DNA of 64,000 bases from Gekko japonicus (GCF_001447785.1 NW_015172007.1:366638-430637), one strand, 5' to 3'; positions 35,209-48,693 are shown, counted from the first letter of the stretch. A program made the numbers and translations. The notes: a model not told the origin generated them from the letters alone.

Positions 35209-37680
35209 GACATCGCAATATTGGTATCCCAGATCCAGTTTGTTAATGTCAGAGCAGCAAGCTACAGATTTAAGCTGTAAGAAAATTATTGTAATGGAAT
35301 CTACAATGTGGTTAGAAAGCATGAATTTTGTGGGGGTAGGGGGACTACGAACCAAGAATGAGACTATTTGAATTTAATGATAAAATAAGAAATTTATTGT
35401 ATTTAACCAAAGGATTAAGAGCATAATGATAAAAGTATTCAAGCAGAACTAAGATCAGCATTAAAATACGGGATACAAGAACAAATTAATGCATAACAAA
35501 TTTAATGCATTAGCAAAATAATAACTTTTTTTAAAAAAAAATTAAAAATCCCCAACCCCCCCAAAAAAACTATAGTCACTTTGACTTTCCCTCTGTTCAG
35601 CATGAGTGGCCTAACCCCAGGATTCCAAAATATATTGCCTTCTAATACATCAATGGTATTTAACATCTAGGACCTATTTTCCCATCATTTCATCAGTGCC
35701 TTTGTATAAATCTGCTGAACTCTAGTGGGAATTCACAACTCCCTTCTGCCAGAGAGACAAACAATAGGACCCTCATTGCTGACCTTTGTTTGTGTATCAG
35801 TTTGAGACCTAATTTGTGAAAAAAAGTTGTCTTGCATACTTCCCTCCTTTCATTTCTGACAGCTACTGAAAATTCTTAGCAGCCTATTTTTGTTATTTCC
35901 TGTTTCCTGCATGTGCCCCAGGCACTGGAAAACTAGTACATTGACCTTTGGGAAAAAGAGTCCCAGGCTGTAAATTAAAGGACACCCAGTTGGCAAAGCT
36001 ATCTTTCCTAGACATGAAACATGTGCCAAAAAAGCTGTTTGTCAACTTCCAGATGCCTGCTGTACCTGGGCTTTTATCAGCAACTTAATGTGCAGACATT
36101 AGGAGGTGGTTTTTATAGCAGCCAACTTCAGTGGCTAATTTCTGCACATCACACTGTTGTGAAAGACACAGGATGGATCAGTTTGCAAGCTGGCAAGGTG
36201 TCCAGATAGAGATTGGGGGAATTCCTAGAGTGTCACATGACAGAGTGACATCACTTCCAGGTATTCTTAGTGTTGCATGACACAGTTTTCGTCAAACTCT
36301 GCCCTCCCAGTGCTCCTACAGGTTGCCAGAAAAAGGCTGGCAACCTTATATCTAGATCACAAATAATCTCGAACATGTGTGTTCTCCCAGTTTTTGCTGT
36401 GACTGTCTCCTCCCAAAACCATCTGTCGAAGGAGGGGGGGGCCCTTGCAAAACATTGTTAGTTTGTGTGACTGGGAAGAAATGTGTGCCTTAGACACATG
36501 TTTGTACGAAAGGACCCAACTTTCTAATTCGGTTCCAACTTTTCAGTAAGACAGCCTGAGGATCAGGAAGAAAAGCTCACGTCTCCTGTCTCTCATTCTA
36601 AAGTGTTGCTGGCTTCTACATCTTGCTTAGAGGACGACACCTAATCTGGGCAAAGATCAACACAAGTGGCAATCAAGAGGTTTTTGACAATACACTGAAG
36701 GCTCATAGGGAATTTTGGAAGATTACTGAGAATCTGAATATGGTGAAACTGAAACTATCACATTGGTTTACACCATAGTTTGGCCATTATCTTTAAAAAT
36801 GACTTTGTTCAGAAATTGCTGTGGAAAGTTACAATGTTTGGAGTGGATGGAAGGATGGATGGATCAAAAAAGTGCACTACATTTGAAAATCTAGACTGCC
36901 AAATTTTAGATGACTCATGTAATCACATCACTGTCTCAGCATCAAACTTTCTCCTTTGGGGAAACCCTCTGGTGATACCAAAAGATGCTAGATCATTAAC
37001 AGGGTAGATAGGTCCCTGAGATGTTTCTTTAAGGTAAACTCCTGGAGAGTTTAGCAAGGGGCCTAGTCAAATTGCTGGAGACACGACAATAAAATTCAGG
37101 TTGTTGAGGTAAAAGCTCACAGAGACAGAGGTCTAATCTGTAACACCTTTGAAAGATTAACTTGGTCCCTCTGACACAGTGACTAGATGCTAAAGAGTAC
37201 TTCTGCTTAAGAATAAATTCTTTCCTATGAGTATGCTTCACGATCTGATAAAAAGTGCTTGGGTTGTTTCTATTCATTTGGGCACAGAAGTCTTTCCAAA
37301 GTGGTATTGCTTTTTCATGAAGTAGCCTCGCTTTTATGAAAGTCACTAGTTGGGCTTTGCCCAGTTTCCAAAATTCTGGATACCTTTCGAAAATCAATCA
37401 TACAGCAGAGAAACATTTCACAAAACGTTAAAAAACAGAACACTAAAATCATAAAAAAAGAATAAAACAAACCAGTACCAAACTGATTTTAAAAAACTTT
37501 GTACAAAATACATCATCAGGAAAGGAGATGAAAACAAAACAATTATTAAACCTCAAAGCAAACAACTGTTCAGCTAATCACAAGCTAATACATTTGCATC
37601 GGGTGCAGAAGGCTCAACAAATAAAGTGCTGAAGGGAGGGCATTCTGCATCTGATGTGCCACAACTGGAAAGGCTATGCT

Positions 37681-37898
37681 TAGGGCTGCCAACTCTGGGT
37701 TGGGAAATCCTGGAGATTTGGGGGATGGAGCCGGGGGAGGGCAGAGTTTGGGAAGGGAAGGGCCCTCGACGGGTTACAGAGCTTTAAAGTCCACCCTCCA
37801 AAGTAGTCGTTTTCTCCTGGTGGACTGATCTCTGTCACCTGGAGATCAGCTGTAATTCTGGGAGATCTCCAGATATCATCTGGAGTTTGGCAACCCTA
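37681..37898 (+). mobile_element. Blackjack-like MITE, abundant older family
   Basis: TAGGGCTGCCAA...TTGGCAACCCTA, 218 bp. Confidence 0.85.
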
Positions 37899-37989
37899 AC
37901 ATACTTCTTGTACCCAGTCCATTAGTGGCAACAGGGAAAGTGGGGGATGTGATGATGACTTCAGTGGGTGAGCAGGAATGTCTGGGAGT

Positions 37990-38621
37990 TGTTGTTGTTC
38001 AGTCACACAGTCGAGTCCGACTCTTCGCAACCCCATGGACCACAACACACCAGGCCCTCCTGTCTTCCGCCGTCCTCCAGAGTTTGCTTAATTTAATGTT
38101 CATTGTATCATTGTACCATCTCATCCTTTGCCATCCCATTCTTCTTTTACCTTCAATCTTTCCCAGCATCAGGGTCTTCTCCAGAGAGTGCTCCTTTCTC
38201 ATTTGGTGGCCAAAATATTTGAGCTTCAGCTTCGGTATCTGGCCTTCCAGGGAACAGTCAGGGTTGACTTCTTTTAGGATTGATTGATTTGATCTACTTG
38301 CAGTCTAAGGGACTCTCAAGAGTCTTCTCCAACACCATAACTCTAAAGCATCTATTCTTTGGCGCTTGGCCTTCCTTATGGTCCAGCTCTCGCAGCCTTA
38401 CATTACTACTGGGAATACCATTGCTTTGACCATACGGACTTTTGTTGGCAGGGTGATGTCTCTACTTTTTATTATGCTGTCCAGGTTTGCCATAGCTTTC
38501 CTCCCAAGGAGCAGGCGTCTTTTAATTTCATGGCTGCAATCACCATCTGCAGTGATCTTGAATCCCAGGAATGTGAAGTCTGTCACTGCTTCCATGACTT
38601 CCCCTTCTATTTGCCAAGGAG
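37990..38621 (-). mobile_element. BovB (RTE clade) LINE, 5'-truncated
   Basis: Encodes FLGFKITADGDCSHEIKRRLLLGRKAMANLDSIIKSRDITLPTKV and SLEKTLMLGKIEGKRRMG. (CAA)n tail and 11-bp TSD tgtctgggagt (37979-37989, 38622-38632). Confidence 0.95.
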
Positions 38622-39346
38622 TGTCTGGGAGTAAGCATGTTATATTGTTTCTGTGAATTTTGTCATGTCAGGCTTCAGCATGTGCACACAAGTCGTATGG
38701 TGCATAAATGTCCTTTCCTAACTGAATTATACAAAAATTGTGAGTGGAGAGGGAGGAAGGGAAGGGAGTGTGTGACCATGAGAAGCAGCTTCCCTGATAA
38801 ACCAAGGATTAGATCCAGGACAAGGATTATACAATAACTGCAAATCTTCCCTGCTCTCTCCTCCTACCAGCAGCCATTTCTGACCCTGGGAAAGTCACAA
38901 CAGTGAGGAGGGAGAAGGGGACAAAAATTGCTCTCTTCTTTCTCTTCTGTTGGTGGAGCTTTGCTGATGGAAGAGGGCAATTTGGCTTCCTCCTCCCCAC
39001 TGCACCCTCCCAAACCACATGACCATTACTTCATGTGGGTCCTATGACCCTTGGAATACATTTTCATTGAGTAAGAAATGGCTGCTTGGAGAAGACGTCA
39101 TCGGGGAAGATCTGTGCTGTGTGGCCCATATATTAGGCAGGCTTCCGCAACTGCCTAGGGAACCAGAGGGCGGGGATGCTGGGGCACCAAAAGGCTCCTG
39201 TGGGTGCAGGTAGGAGCCCCAAGCAGTGACCCTTGGCGCAAGTCCTGATGCCTGGGTTGCCCTGCTCACCACACCCACTTTCACTAGCAAAAGAGGGAGG
39301 GAGAAAGAGCAGGCAGCCACCAGATCCACTGCACTAGTAGATACCA

Positions 39347-39920
39347 GTCGACAGAAATTTGCACCACGATATCCAGCATTTAAAACAGACCACTCTAGAG
39401 CCTCCTATCTGGCTCTTATTTCAATATATAGCAATAAGAAGGGCACTCACTGCTCTTGGCTTTCAGACCATGCCATTTGAGCTGTTAAAAGGACGACACC
39501 TCAAAACCCCGTATGATCAATGTTATCTGTCTGTGTGGGATTTCGGTAGAAGATCTAACACATTACATTTTAGAATGCCCTCTGTATACTGGCCCCAGAA
39601 TCAAATTTCTTAACCCAGTCCTAACAACTGTACAATACACATCAGGCACTGAAAGAGTAACCTTTTTGCTCTCAGACGTCAATCCCACTATCTCCTATAG
39701 AATGGCACTCTATGCTCATGCTGCAAGGAAAATTAGAGTTAAGGCTACGGAATGACTGTACTTTCAGAATGTGCTATTTGAGACATCTGATTTTAAAACT
39801 GATACTCATACTTCAACTATATATTTTAATTTTCTTTTAAATGTATTGCCAATCTTTGTACTATTTTTTATCTTTTATATTGTGATGGCCATTGGCTACA
39901 TGCAATAAACTTTGAACTGG
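39347..39920 (+). mobile_element. RTE-X-like LINE 3' fragment
   Basis: ICLCGISVEDLTHYILECPLY motif, AATAAA near the end, and a 13-bp TSD ctagt(a/t)gatacca at 39334-39346 and 39921-39933. Confidence 0.8.
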
Positions 39921-41535
39921 CTAGTTGATACCACTCTCTCCAGCTTTGCAACAGGCAGGGCAGCTCTGGGCGTGGCGACTTGCCTGGCCTTCCTTCCCCT
40001 CTCTGCCCCCATGAAAGAGGGAGGAAAGGTAGGCAGCGGCCGGCTCAGCCACAGAGCACCACAAACCTTTGGGGCCGTACCTGGGCTTGCAGCAGTCATT
40101 GTCTTCCTCGACGGGATCATGGGATCCAACCTAAGGATTTATTGTGATGTCTCAGTGCAGCTCTAGTACTCTCAGGATGTCTTGAACCCAGATGCTGGAA
40201 AGATTCATGTACATTCGTTTCGAATCGCAGCTTTCAAGAGTCAAGGAATTTTTAATTTTAATAGTCAGTTGAGGAGCAGCGGCTCATTAATCTCTCTATT
40301 CCCCTTCTCTTCTTCCGCAAGCTCTAGTTGCAAAAGTATTGCTCACGGAAATGTTTAACGATGTTTCCTTCACTAAATAACACCATGAATTAGAATTAAA
40401 ATGAGGCAGTTTTATTATCGACGAAGGGTTGGTTTGGGGTTTTTGCACCAGCAGCTACAACGAAGGAACGGTTACTTTATGGGGAAATGATCTTTCTGTT
40501 GACACAACTGCTCCCCTCCTCCCTTTTTGGTTTTGTAATAATGTATTCGTATAAACCCTCTGTCTACATAAGGGGACAATATCTTGGATTTGACAAAGCC
40601 TTTGCGCTGTTATCTAGTCTGCTTCTACTTAGCATCTGGTGTAGATATAGTACCATGTGTTTGTCAAAACAAACATAATTTGTATAGGAGAATAAGTCTG
40701 CACAAGTATTAAATGTCATGCTGAAACTTAAACACTCCAAGGAACCGGAGGCACCAGCAAGGGGCTCTCAGGGCAAAGAGACATCTTTGTCTAGGGTAAA
40801 CTTAAATCAGCTGTGTTTTGTTGACTCTATTTCAAAACTAATTGTGTGTTCTGAGACTCCTAAGGCTTTGAATGATGAACTCTATGTCCCATGTTTTATA
40901 CCTATTTAATGCAGGCTGTTTTACACTTTTGAAAGCAAATGCTAAATCGATAGGGAAACAAAGATCCTAAATTTCAGCAATGTGTCTCAAGGGCTAGTGT
41001 CATTGGACGGACTCAGAAATTCCCTCAGAAAAATGCTGTGTTCTCTTGTCCAAAGGCTCGTTTTAACCTTAAATTAGGCTTTGGCCAACCAACCTAAGCA
41101 TCAGTTTCCCATATGGAAAATGGCCTAGCAAGCCATTATGGAGCTAAAAAAAATAATGTTCTTCTGCACAGTGTTAAAAGAACTTGTAAAAACTTAACCA
41201 TGCATGTGTAAAAAATGTTGTAAACATTTTTTAAAAATCCTAAACCAGGTGATAGTTTTAATCAGGCCAACTTCTGAGGAAGGCCAGTATGTCTTTCAAC
41301 TCTCCTTAGGAGGTCAATTTAGTGACAAGACTGAAGTATCATCTAGATTGCTCCATAAGCATTCTATTTAAACATGAATTTAATATGATTAATGACATGA
41401 CATTTTAAAACCAAGGCTATTTTGAACTATAGAGATACAGCAAATAGGGTTTCTTGCGCCCAGAGCCTCGCAAATTCTTAATCCACCAAAGTACTTTGAA
41501 TTTTGATGGCTCAGGACTGCTTCATGTGTTAAGGC

Positions 41536-42124
41536 TTCCCCATGCTCCCTTGATTTCCCCCCCCCCCAAGCCTCTATGGCTCTGTACATCTCTAATCTAA
41601 CAATCCCACTTTATTGGCGGGTTTTTATGCTAGCAAGATTCAATCTTTTCCCCTCAGCTGTTGTTTTAGGCAGAGATAGGGGTATCCCCTATAGGGACAG
41701 AACCTGCAATTGCCTCTATAATGAACCTGATTCAGTTGCTCATATCCTTCTACGTTGTCCTCAATATTCTACTATGCGTAGCTATCTGATTAGTCCCCAC
41801 TTACCTACCACAAGGAACCCGACTGACAATGACCTAAACATTTTACTGTCTGATATGTTTCCGGCAATTACTTTGTCTGTTGTCGAATTTTTAGCCTATG
41901 TTTGGAAGCTTAGGGTAAGGGCATATAAGTCTTAACCCCTTTGTATTTTTTAGAATTGCTATATTCTCAACTGAGTTTATTATTTCCGAGAAGTTAAAAA
42001 AAACGATTCCTTGGTGGCGCAGCTTGGTGTAATTTGTTATAATCTATTACTTCGTTCTATTTATTTTCTATTTGTTTTATTGTCCTCTTTGCTGCTGTGT
42101 TATGCCAATAAAGGTCTATGTATG
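41536..42124 (+). mobile_element. RTE-X-like LINE 3' fragment
   Basis: RVFMLARFNLFPSAV..RTCNC..DSVAHILLRCPQY, aataaagg plus a (TATG) tail, and an 11-bp TSD tgtgttaaggc (41525-41535, 42125-42135). Confidence 0.85.
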
Positions 42125-42948
42125 TGTGTTAAGGCATGCTTTCTCAGTAAAATCTGCCCTGTGAAGAGGAGTGTTTGACTTTGGGAACCCACCGTATATT
42201 TTGGCAGTGAAATAAATGAATGGATCCACCTCATTCATTATATGGTTTTCTGTGAAAACACATGGTGGGAACATGTTGTGGGTTCACTGCTTTCATATGC
42301 AGCTTTCAATTCTGTCTTTTTTCCAAGTTTTTTGAGGTTATCTTAACAAAACAGTAGAGCAAACACAGGGGATTTTGACTTCCAGTGCTAGAAAGAGGAA
42401 TTTATGTATAAATGAGAGTGAAGAAATGCAACAAAATGTCACAGGTTGCTTTCAGTTTGCTCTTCGTTTATCCCTTAAATTCAGCTCTCTGCAAAGACTG
42501 CAATGTGAGGTGTGTATTATGGAGCTGATGGAGAGCAAGTAAAGAAAAATGACATTTTGATGCAGGCACCCATTTCAGGACTCAACTCCTATCCCCATTC
42601 CTGGTTCCACCTCGTCTACTTCACTTCAGTCTTCTGGTGTGCAGATACCTCTCTACCCTTCTTGCCTTGCCCCATTTTGAACTTGGGAGCTGGGACTTTA
42701 GCAATAGATTTTATTTATGTAAGGTTGTTTAACTTGCCTTTGTCCCATGCAGGACTCACAGAGGCCAAAAGTCATAAGTAAAAACAATGCCTGCTCACTC
42801 CAGTTTTAAAACCAAATAATACATCAATTGCTGCCAGAAAAAATACAACACAACTAGCCAAGGACTCTGCCTTCCACTGCTTTCTGACACATCCAAGAAG
42901 GCCATTCCACAATGGGGGGGGGGGGCTGCTGCTGAAAAAGGTTATGAA

Positions 42949-43194
42949 TCGGGATGCCAGCCTCCAGGAAGCACCTGGAGATTCCTTGGAATGACAGCTC
43001 ATCTCCAGATTACAGAGATCAGTTCTCCTGGAGAAAATGTATTATCGGAGGGTGGACTCTATGCCACTGTACTCCACTGAGGTCCTTGTTCTCCTCAGGC
43101 TCCATCCCCATATCTCCAAACGTTTTGTAACCTGGATTTGGTAGCCCTACCCCCCCATCCCCTGCTGGGGGCCAGAGGAGACCTGGCAACCCTA
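42949..43194 (-). mobile_element. Blackjack-like MITE, longer variant
   Basis: gggatgccag...CTGGCAACCCTA with a second internal end at ~43149. Confidence 0.75.
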
Positions 43195-43204
43195 GTGAGC
43201 AGTG

Positions 43205-43450
43205 GCAGATTTAAGAAGCCTGGGAAGAGAGCATAGGCAGAAGACCCAAGCAGAGTTTCAGAGTTCGTATCGAGACAGTCCTTCAAGTAAGTGGGTCCCA
43301 GATTGTGAACGATCTTAAAAGTAAGAGGCAGCATCTGAACTCAGAAACATATAGGCAAGGCAACCAATGTAAAGTGCTTAAAATGAGAGTCCTGTATAGC
43401 ATTTTGCTCCAGACAATAATGCAGCAGCCACATATTTTGCCAGCCGAAGA
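43205..43450 (-). mobile_element. Degraded L2 ORF2 fragment
   Basis: Minus strand LTFKIVHNLGPTYLKDCL, a typical L2 C-terminal motif. Confidence 0.65.
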
Positions 43451-44439
43451 TATAACTATGTGGTATGTTCCTCACAGAAAGGCCCTTACCTAACTGACTG
43501 GCTGACTAAATAAGGCCATCTAGAGAGACAAGCTTTTGTGTTAGCTTTGCCAGGCAGAATGACAAATGTTAACCAGAATGCCAAGATGGCTTACTCTCAG
43601 GTCTATGGAGGACCAAGTTGGTTACACAGTCACGTATTTGAAGACCTTGAGGAAAGCGACAGCCCAGTCGAAACAGTTTTGACTTTATGCTGTTGTAATG
43701 TTAAAATTTGGGAGTTACAAGCTGTTGTTTTCAGACCATATGGGAAAGGAGTAACTTGGAAAAGCAGAAACAGAAAGGAAAAAAAGTTGTGTACTTGTGG
43801 AAATATAAATCATTCAGGACAGTATGGGGTTATGTTTTTCACATGTAGAAAAACAATGCACTCAGTCTGACATATATATAAAAACTCCTAATCCTAACTG
43901 TCTCATTTAATTTAAACCTAACTGTTTCATGAGCCTAAGATCAAGGTAGCAATATACAAGAAGGCCATTTCTCTAGGACTGAGTGTTTGTCATGTGGAGA
44001 GGAGTCAGCTAAGAGACTAGTGGCTGAGGCAAGTTTCATTCTGTTTATGGAAAGTTTAGTCTACATACGACCCATTGTCTCTGTTAAATACTGTCCCTGA
44101 TTTGCTGTTGGGGATACCTTTACAATTCTTTTAAAATGTGCAACCAATGAACTAAAATTCTGTCTCCCCCTTGTAGTTAAATCAGTAAGGGTGAGTAGGT
44201 ATGCATCATGACCACAATGCACATGTATGTAAATACACACACACACACGAACATAAAATCTAGTGAATTGGCTCACTTCCATCTCTCCGGAATTTTCTAT
44301 CCATATAGCAAACTAGCAAAAAGCCCGTTGTGAAAGCAATACAACAAGATCTAGAAAGAGGCTCTGGGGCAGTGCTCTGGCTTTGGGCAAACAGTGTCAA
44401 TTTGCTGTGGTGACCTCAGCAGGGTATAATGACAGAGTC

Positions 44440-45710
44440 CACTGTTTTCTCCAGAGGAACTGATCTCTGCTACCTGAAGAGCAGTTGTAATTGTGAGTGA
44501 TCTGTAGCCCTCACCTGGAGATTGGCAGCAATTGTTACCCAGGACAAAAATGGCTGATTTGGAGGGTGTAGTCTATGGCATTCTACCTGTCTGAGGTCCC
44601 ACCCCTCCGCAAACCCCACCCTCTCCAGGCTCCACCCCTCAAATCCCCAGGAATTTGTCAGCATGTAGTTGGCAACCCCATCTCCTTCCCAGCTAACCAT
44701 CAACCTACCATTATCTGCCCCTTTGACTTCAGCTGACTTCTGCCCTCCCTTCTGCAGAGCAGTTGTAATACTGAGTGCTCTCCAGCCCTCACCTGGAGAT
44801 TGGCAACAATGGTTCCCTATGTGAGACTGACTGGTTTGGAGGGTGGAGTCTATGGCAGTGTACCTGTCTGAGGTCCCACCCCTCCTCAAACCTCACCCTC
44901 TTCAGGCTCCATCCCTCAAATCTCCAGGAATTTCCCATCTGGAGTTGGCAACCCTATCAGGACTGGCCCCAATGTGTTTTCTCCCAAAGGCCAAAGTAGG
45001 TGACAGGACCAAGCTTAGTTGCCTACCAACAGGCACTGAGGGGAATGTAGGGTTGCCAGCTCTAAGGAGGGAAATACCTGGAGGTTTGGGGGGTGGATTC
45101 TGTAGAGGGCCGGGCGACGGAGGCATCGGCCTTCTGTCGCCCGCCTTGCCCCCCCAATCTCGGCCCGGGCACCCGCGGCTCCCACCAGCGGCCGCCCGAC
45201 TCCAGACTCCCCCGCGGCCACTCCAGCCAGGCGACGGAGGCATCGGCNNNNNNNNNNNNNNNNNNNNNNNNNNNNNNNNNNNNNNNNNNNNNNNNNNNNN
45301 NNNNNNNNNNNNNNNNNNNNNNNNNNNNNNNNNNNNNNNNNNNNNNNNNNNNNNNNNNNNNNNNNNNNNNNNNNNNNNNNNNNNNNNNNNNNNNNNNNNN
45401 NNNNNNNNNNNNNNNNNNNNNNNNNNNNNNNNNNNNNNNNNNNNNNNNNNNNNNNNNNNNNNNNNNNNNNNNNNNNNNNNNNNNNNNNNNNNNNNNNNNN
45501 NNNNNNNNNNNNNNNNNNNNNNNNNNNNNNTTCCAAAACACTTTGAATTAGCACCAAAGCTTTAAGAGCTCTCCAGCTGTCACCTGGAGACTGGCAACAG
45601 CTTGTCTGGAGTGTGGGCAGTATGGCATTGTATCTGTCTGAGGTCCCCCTCTTTCTCCTCCTCCTCAGACCCCACCCTCAGCAGGCTTCAACCCTATGTC
45701 CTTTCCAGGC
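44440..45710. mobile_element. Cluster of rearranged Blackjack-like MITE copies around a gap
   Basis: Related units at ~44481-44679, 44760-44956 and 45565-45710, plus a MITE start at 45048. Confidence 0.75.
45248..45530. other. Assembly gap
   Basis: Run of N next to a very GC-rich repeat. Confidence 1.
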
Positions 45711-47869
45711 AACCATCAGCCAACCTTTATCTGCCTGTCTGTCTTAATTTTTTACATCCCCCCCACAGCCTCTGCCTAGGGAAAGGGCAGTCTTTCCCTG
45801 CAGTGGGAACCAAAGCAGCTGACATCATTCTCCTCTCCCCCGTATGATCCGCACAACTATCCTATGAGGTATGTTATGGTTGAAAGTGTGTGAATGGTCC
45901 ATAATCCCCCAGGCAGCTTTTAAAACATGAACCTGGGACCTGCACACCATCTGTGGCAGTAATGGGGTGACTGCTGGCACCTTTTCCTATCCTTTTTTGC
46001 CTTGAGGTATTCTGCTTGTGGTGTGATCTGTCTTCTTTGTGGTGTGGCGTGATTGTGTTATTGGGTTTTGTTTCTTTTAAAGGGGAAGTGATGTGTTGTG
46101 AGTGAGGACATATGTTACCTCAGAATACAGTAGTTCCCATATGCAACTGAAAATTCCAACTGCCTTGCGGGGGGGGGAGTTTGAGGTGTGGAATGGAGTG
46201 AAGTCCAATCAGCTTCCATATGCAAAAGACCTTGAAACGCTGGGCGGGACTGCACAAAGCAGCCAGTCAACCCAGCCAGTATCTTCTGAGTGGCAGTTCT
46301 TCCGGCCAAACGCTAAAGGCGGGCATTTTAGAACGTTGGTCCCCACTACTGCTTTATTATAAGTGAGAGATGACACTGATTTTAGGGTATTTTGTTACAA
46401 CTATGTGCAGGTAATCCAATCTGTTCTATGATTTAACTCTGTTTGAGTGCCTACCGAGTACCTGAGCTTTCTAGAGGCAGAATTTAAATACTGAGTGTGC
46501 AGGAGGGGGTTGTTACAAACAGAGACTGGTATAAAGCAAGAACCAGTCTGAATTGAGACAGTACTTATACTATTCCTCAGTTGTACAAACAGTAGGAAAC
46601 AGTACAGATAGAAGTGAATGACTAAACGTTGCTTTATGGATCTTCTTTAGAAAATGGGTCATTTCAGCTCCTCCCTGTCACAGTGCAAGCATGACATCAG
46701 CCCATGTCCTCATCCACAAAGAACTCTCATGGGATGGGGACTCAGGCCGATTGGATGCCAGATGTATCATGGAGGTGATTCATTCATTGTTGCCAGGGTG
46801 TAGAGGGCTGAGGGAGAAACAAGCCAGAAGAAGACACTGGCTATAGCGCTATGTTGAGTTTTTTCATTACAATTCCCCATTGGGATCCCATTTAATTCAC
46901 TCCAAACATGTCCTCAGACTGATTTATGACATCACCTTCAGGGAGGTGGGGTTTTTTTTTTTTTGCCAGCTCTGCATGTGTTTTGCAGCAGAGGCCCTGA
47001 GGGAAATGAGGAGAGCTCGTGAAGGGAGAGTAGGGTTGGAAACCAAAACGGAGGACTTAATGAAAAACCAGGATGTCCGACGAGATGTTAGTTTATTGGC
47101 GCTGAGGGTTGAATTAAAAACTTCATCTCATCTTCCAGCTGTTGTGTGTCCCAAGTCTCATCGTCGTACCACCAGTCTCAAAAATATTACTGATCCTTTC
47201 TTTCCCCCCAAAAAACGTTAACACTTTCACATCTGTATATATTTCACATCAAATACTACATACCTTAAGCAATCTACATTTTAAAACTTCAAAATAACTG
47301 TGGCTTTTATTTTAAAAGTGGGACTTCTTGCAAAAGTGTAACATTAGTAATATTCTAAGTTTGAGTCTATGCCAATTTTGTATTGAGGGACTTAAACCTG
47401 AGAACTCAACCAGTATTTTACTCTGACACAAAACCCCTTAAAATGGCTTACACATCAGTTCTGCATGCCACTATCTGTTCTATGTTGGTTTTAATGTCAG
47501 AAAGAACTTTTCAGTCCTTGCTCATTTTATGGAGCCATTCTCGCTACAAGGAAATGAGCAGGGGTTCTTCTCAGTTTCTGTGCATCACTAGCAGAAATGT
47601 TTGTAAAAGTAGGCTTCGAGGCCTATCCAATTACACTGCTTGTGCACCATCCCCAGAAACTGCTTTCATTACAATCTGGAGGCCCACTTCACAATCCAAG
47701 AATGGTGGACTAAAAAGAATTGCATTCGAACCTTATATGCAGGGTAGTGTAAACATAGTGTTGCTATGAACTATGGAAAGATCACTGTATGCAGCAGGGA
47801 GGGTATTCCTGGACTGAGCACTGTTTCTTTCCAGGTTCTAATGGTAAGTCAGGAAACCCTTTTACCAGT

Positions 47870-48235
47870 TTAGGCTGGTGTGCCAGATATGCCCTTTTCT
47901 GGAGAAGACTAACGTAGCTACAGTCAGGTAATAACATCCAGATCAGATGTGCATGGGGCTACCGTTCAGGAGTGTTCAGAAATTTAAACTGGACAAAAAC
48001 TAGTGCCCGACTATTAATTGGATGCTGTTAAGCAGAGCATACAGTTCCAGTTGTGGAAGCTTAATTGCCTGTTTGTTCCAGGTCCCAGTTCTGTTTTTGA
48101 CCTTTAAAGCAATCTGGGACCAGGGTATTTTAGGAACTACCTCTTTGTATCTATGCCTGCCTGGGCCCTCAAGTCAGTATTTGTGGCTCTGCTGTGCATC
48201 CCCCACTCATACGCACCTGAGGCTGGGATCTGTGT
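47870..48235 (+). mobile_element. Degraded L2 ORF2 fragment
   Basis: Encodes FQVPVLFLTFKAI, with an upstream remnant of the KLQLVQN-type motif. Confidence 0.55.
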
Positions 48236-48437
48236 AAGCTAAGGGTTAATGTGGTAAACTGTTGTCAGTGGAGTTGTTCATTCTTTAAAGTATGTTCCTA
48301 CCAGAACACTGTATTAATTTACAATTTTAATAATTAATTTACAATTTTGTGTAAATTAATTGTTAATTAATCCCAGGATAATATTTGGTGATGGGAATGG
48401 GATGGTCCATGAGACACAATGTGGGGTAGTATCATCC

Positions 48438-48575
48438 AGTGGTAGAGCATCTGCTTTGCATGCATAAAGTCGAAGGTTCCGCAGCCTCTCCAGTTAAAAG
48501 GATCAGGTTTTAGGTCATGTGAAAGACATCTTCCAAAGACCATGGAGAGCAATTGCCACTCAGAGTTGTCAATTG
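48438..48575 (+). mobile_element. Squam2-like tRNA SINE, partial
   Basis: agtggtagagcatctgctttgcatg...ccagttaaaaggatcagg. Confidence 0.65.
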
Positions 48576-48693
48576 TTGTGAAAGGTAACAGACATTCAGG
48601 ATGCTTTACAAAGTTTTAACTGGATAGCTTGGTCTGTAGATAGTGACTAGGGAAAAATAATCCCACCCCTTGGTCAACCACTAAGATCAGGTA

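Noticed and set aside
35310-35900. Possible antisense ERV LTR
   Set aside because: Only compositional hints (tttattg, A-rich tract). I could not define termini or a TSD.
44843-45565. 240-aa and neighbouring ORFs
   Set aside because: They run through MITE sequence and a 283-N gap.
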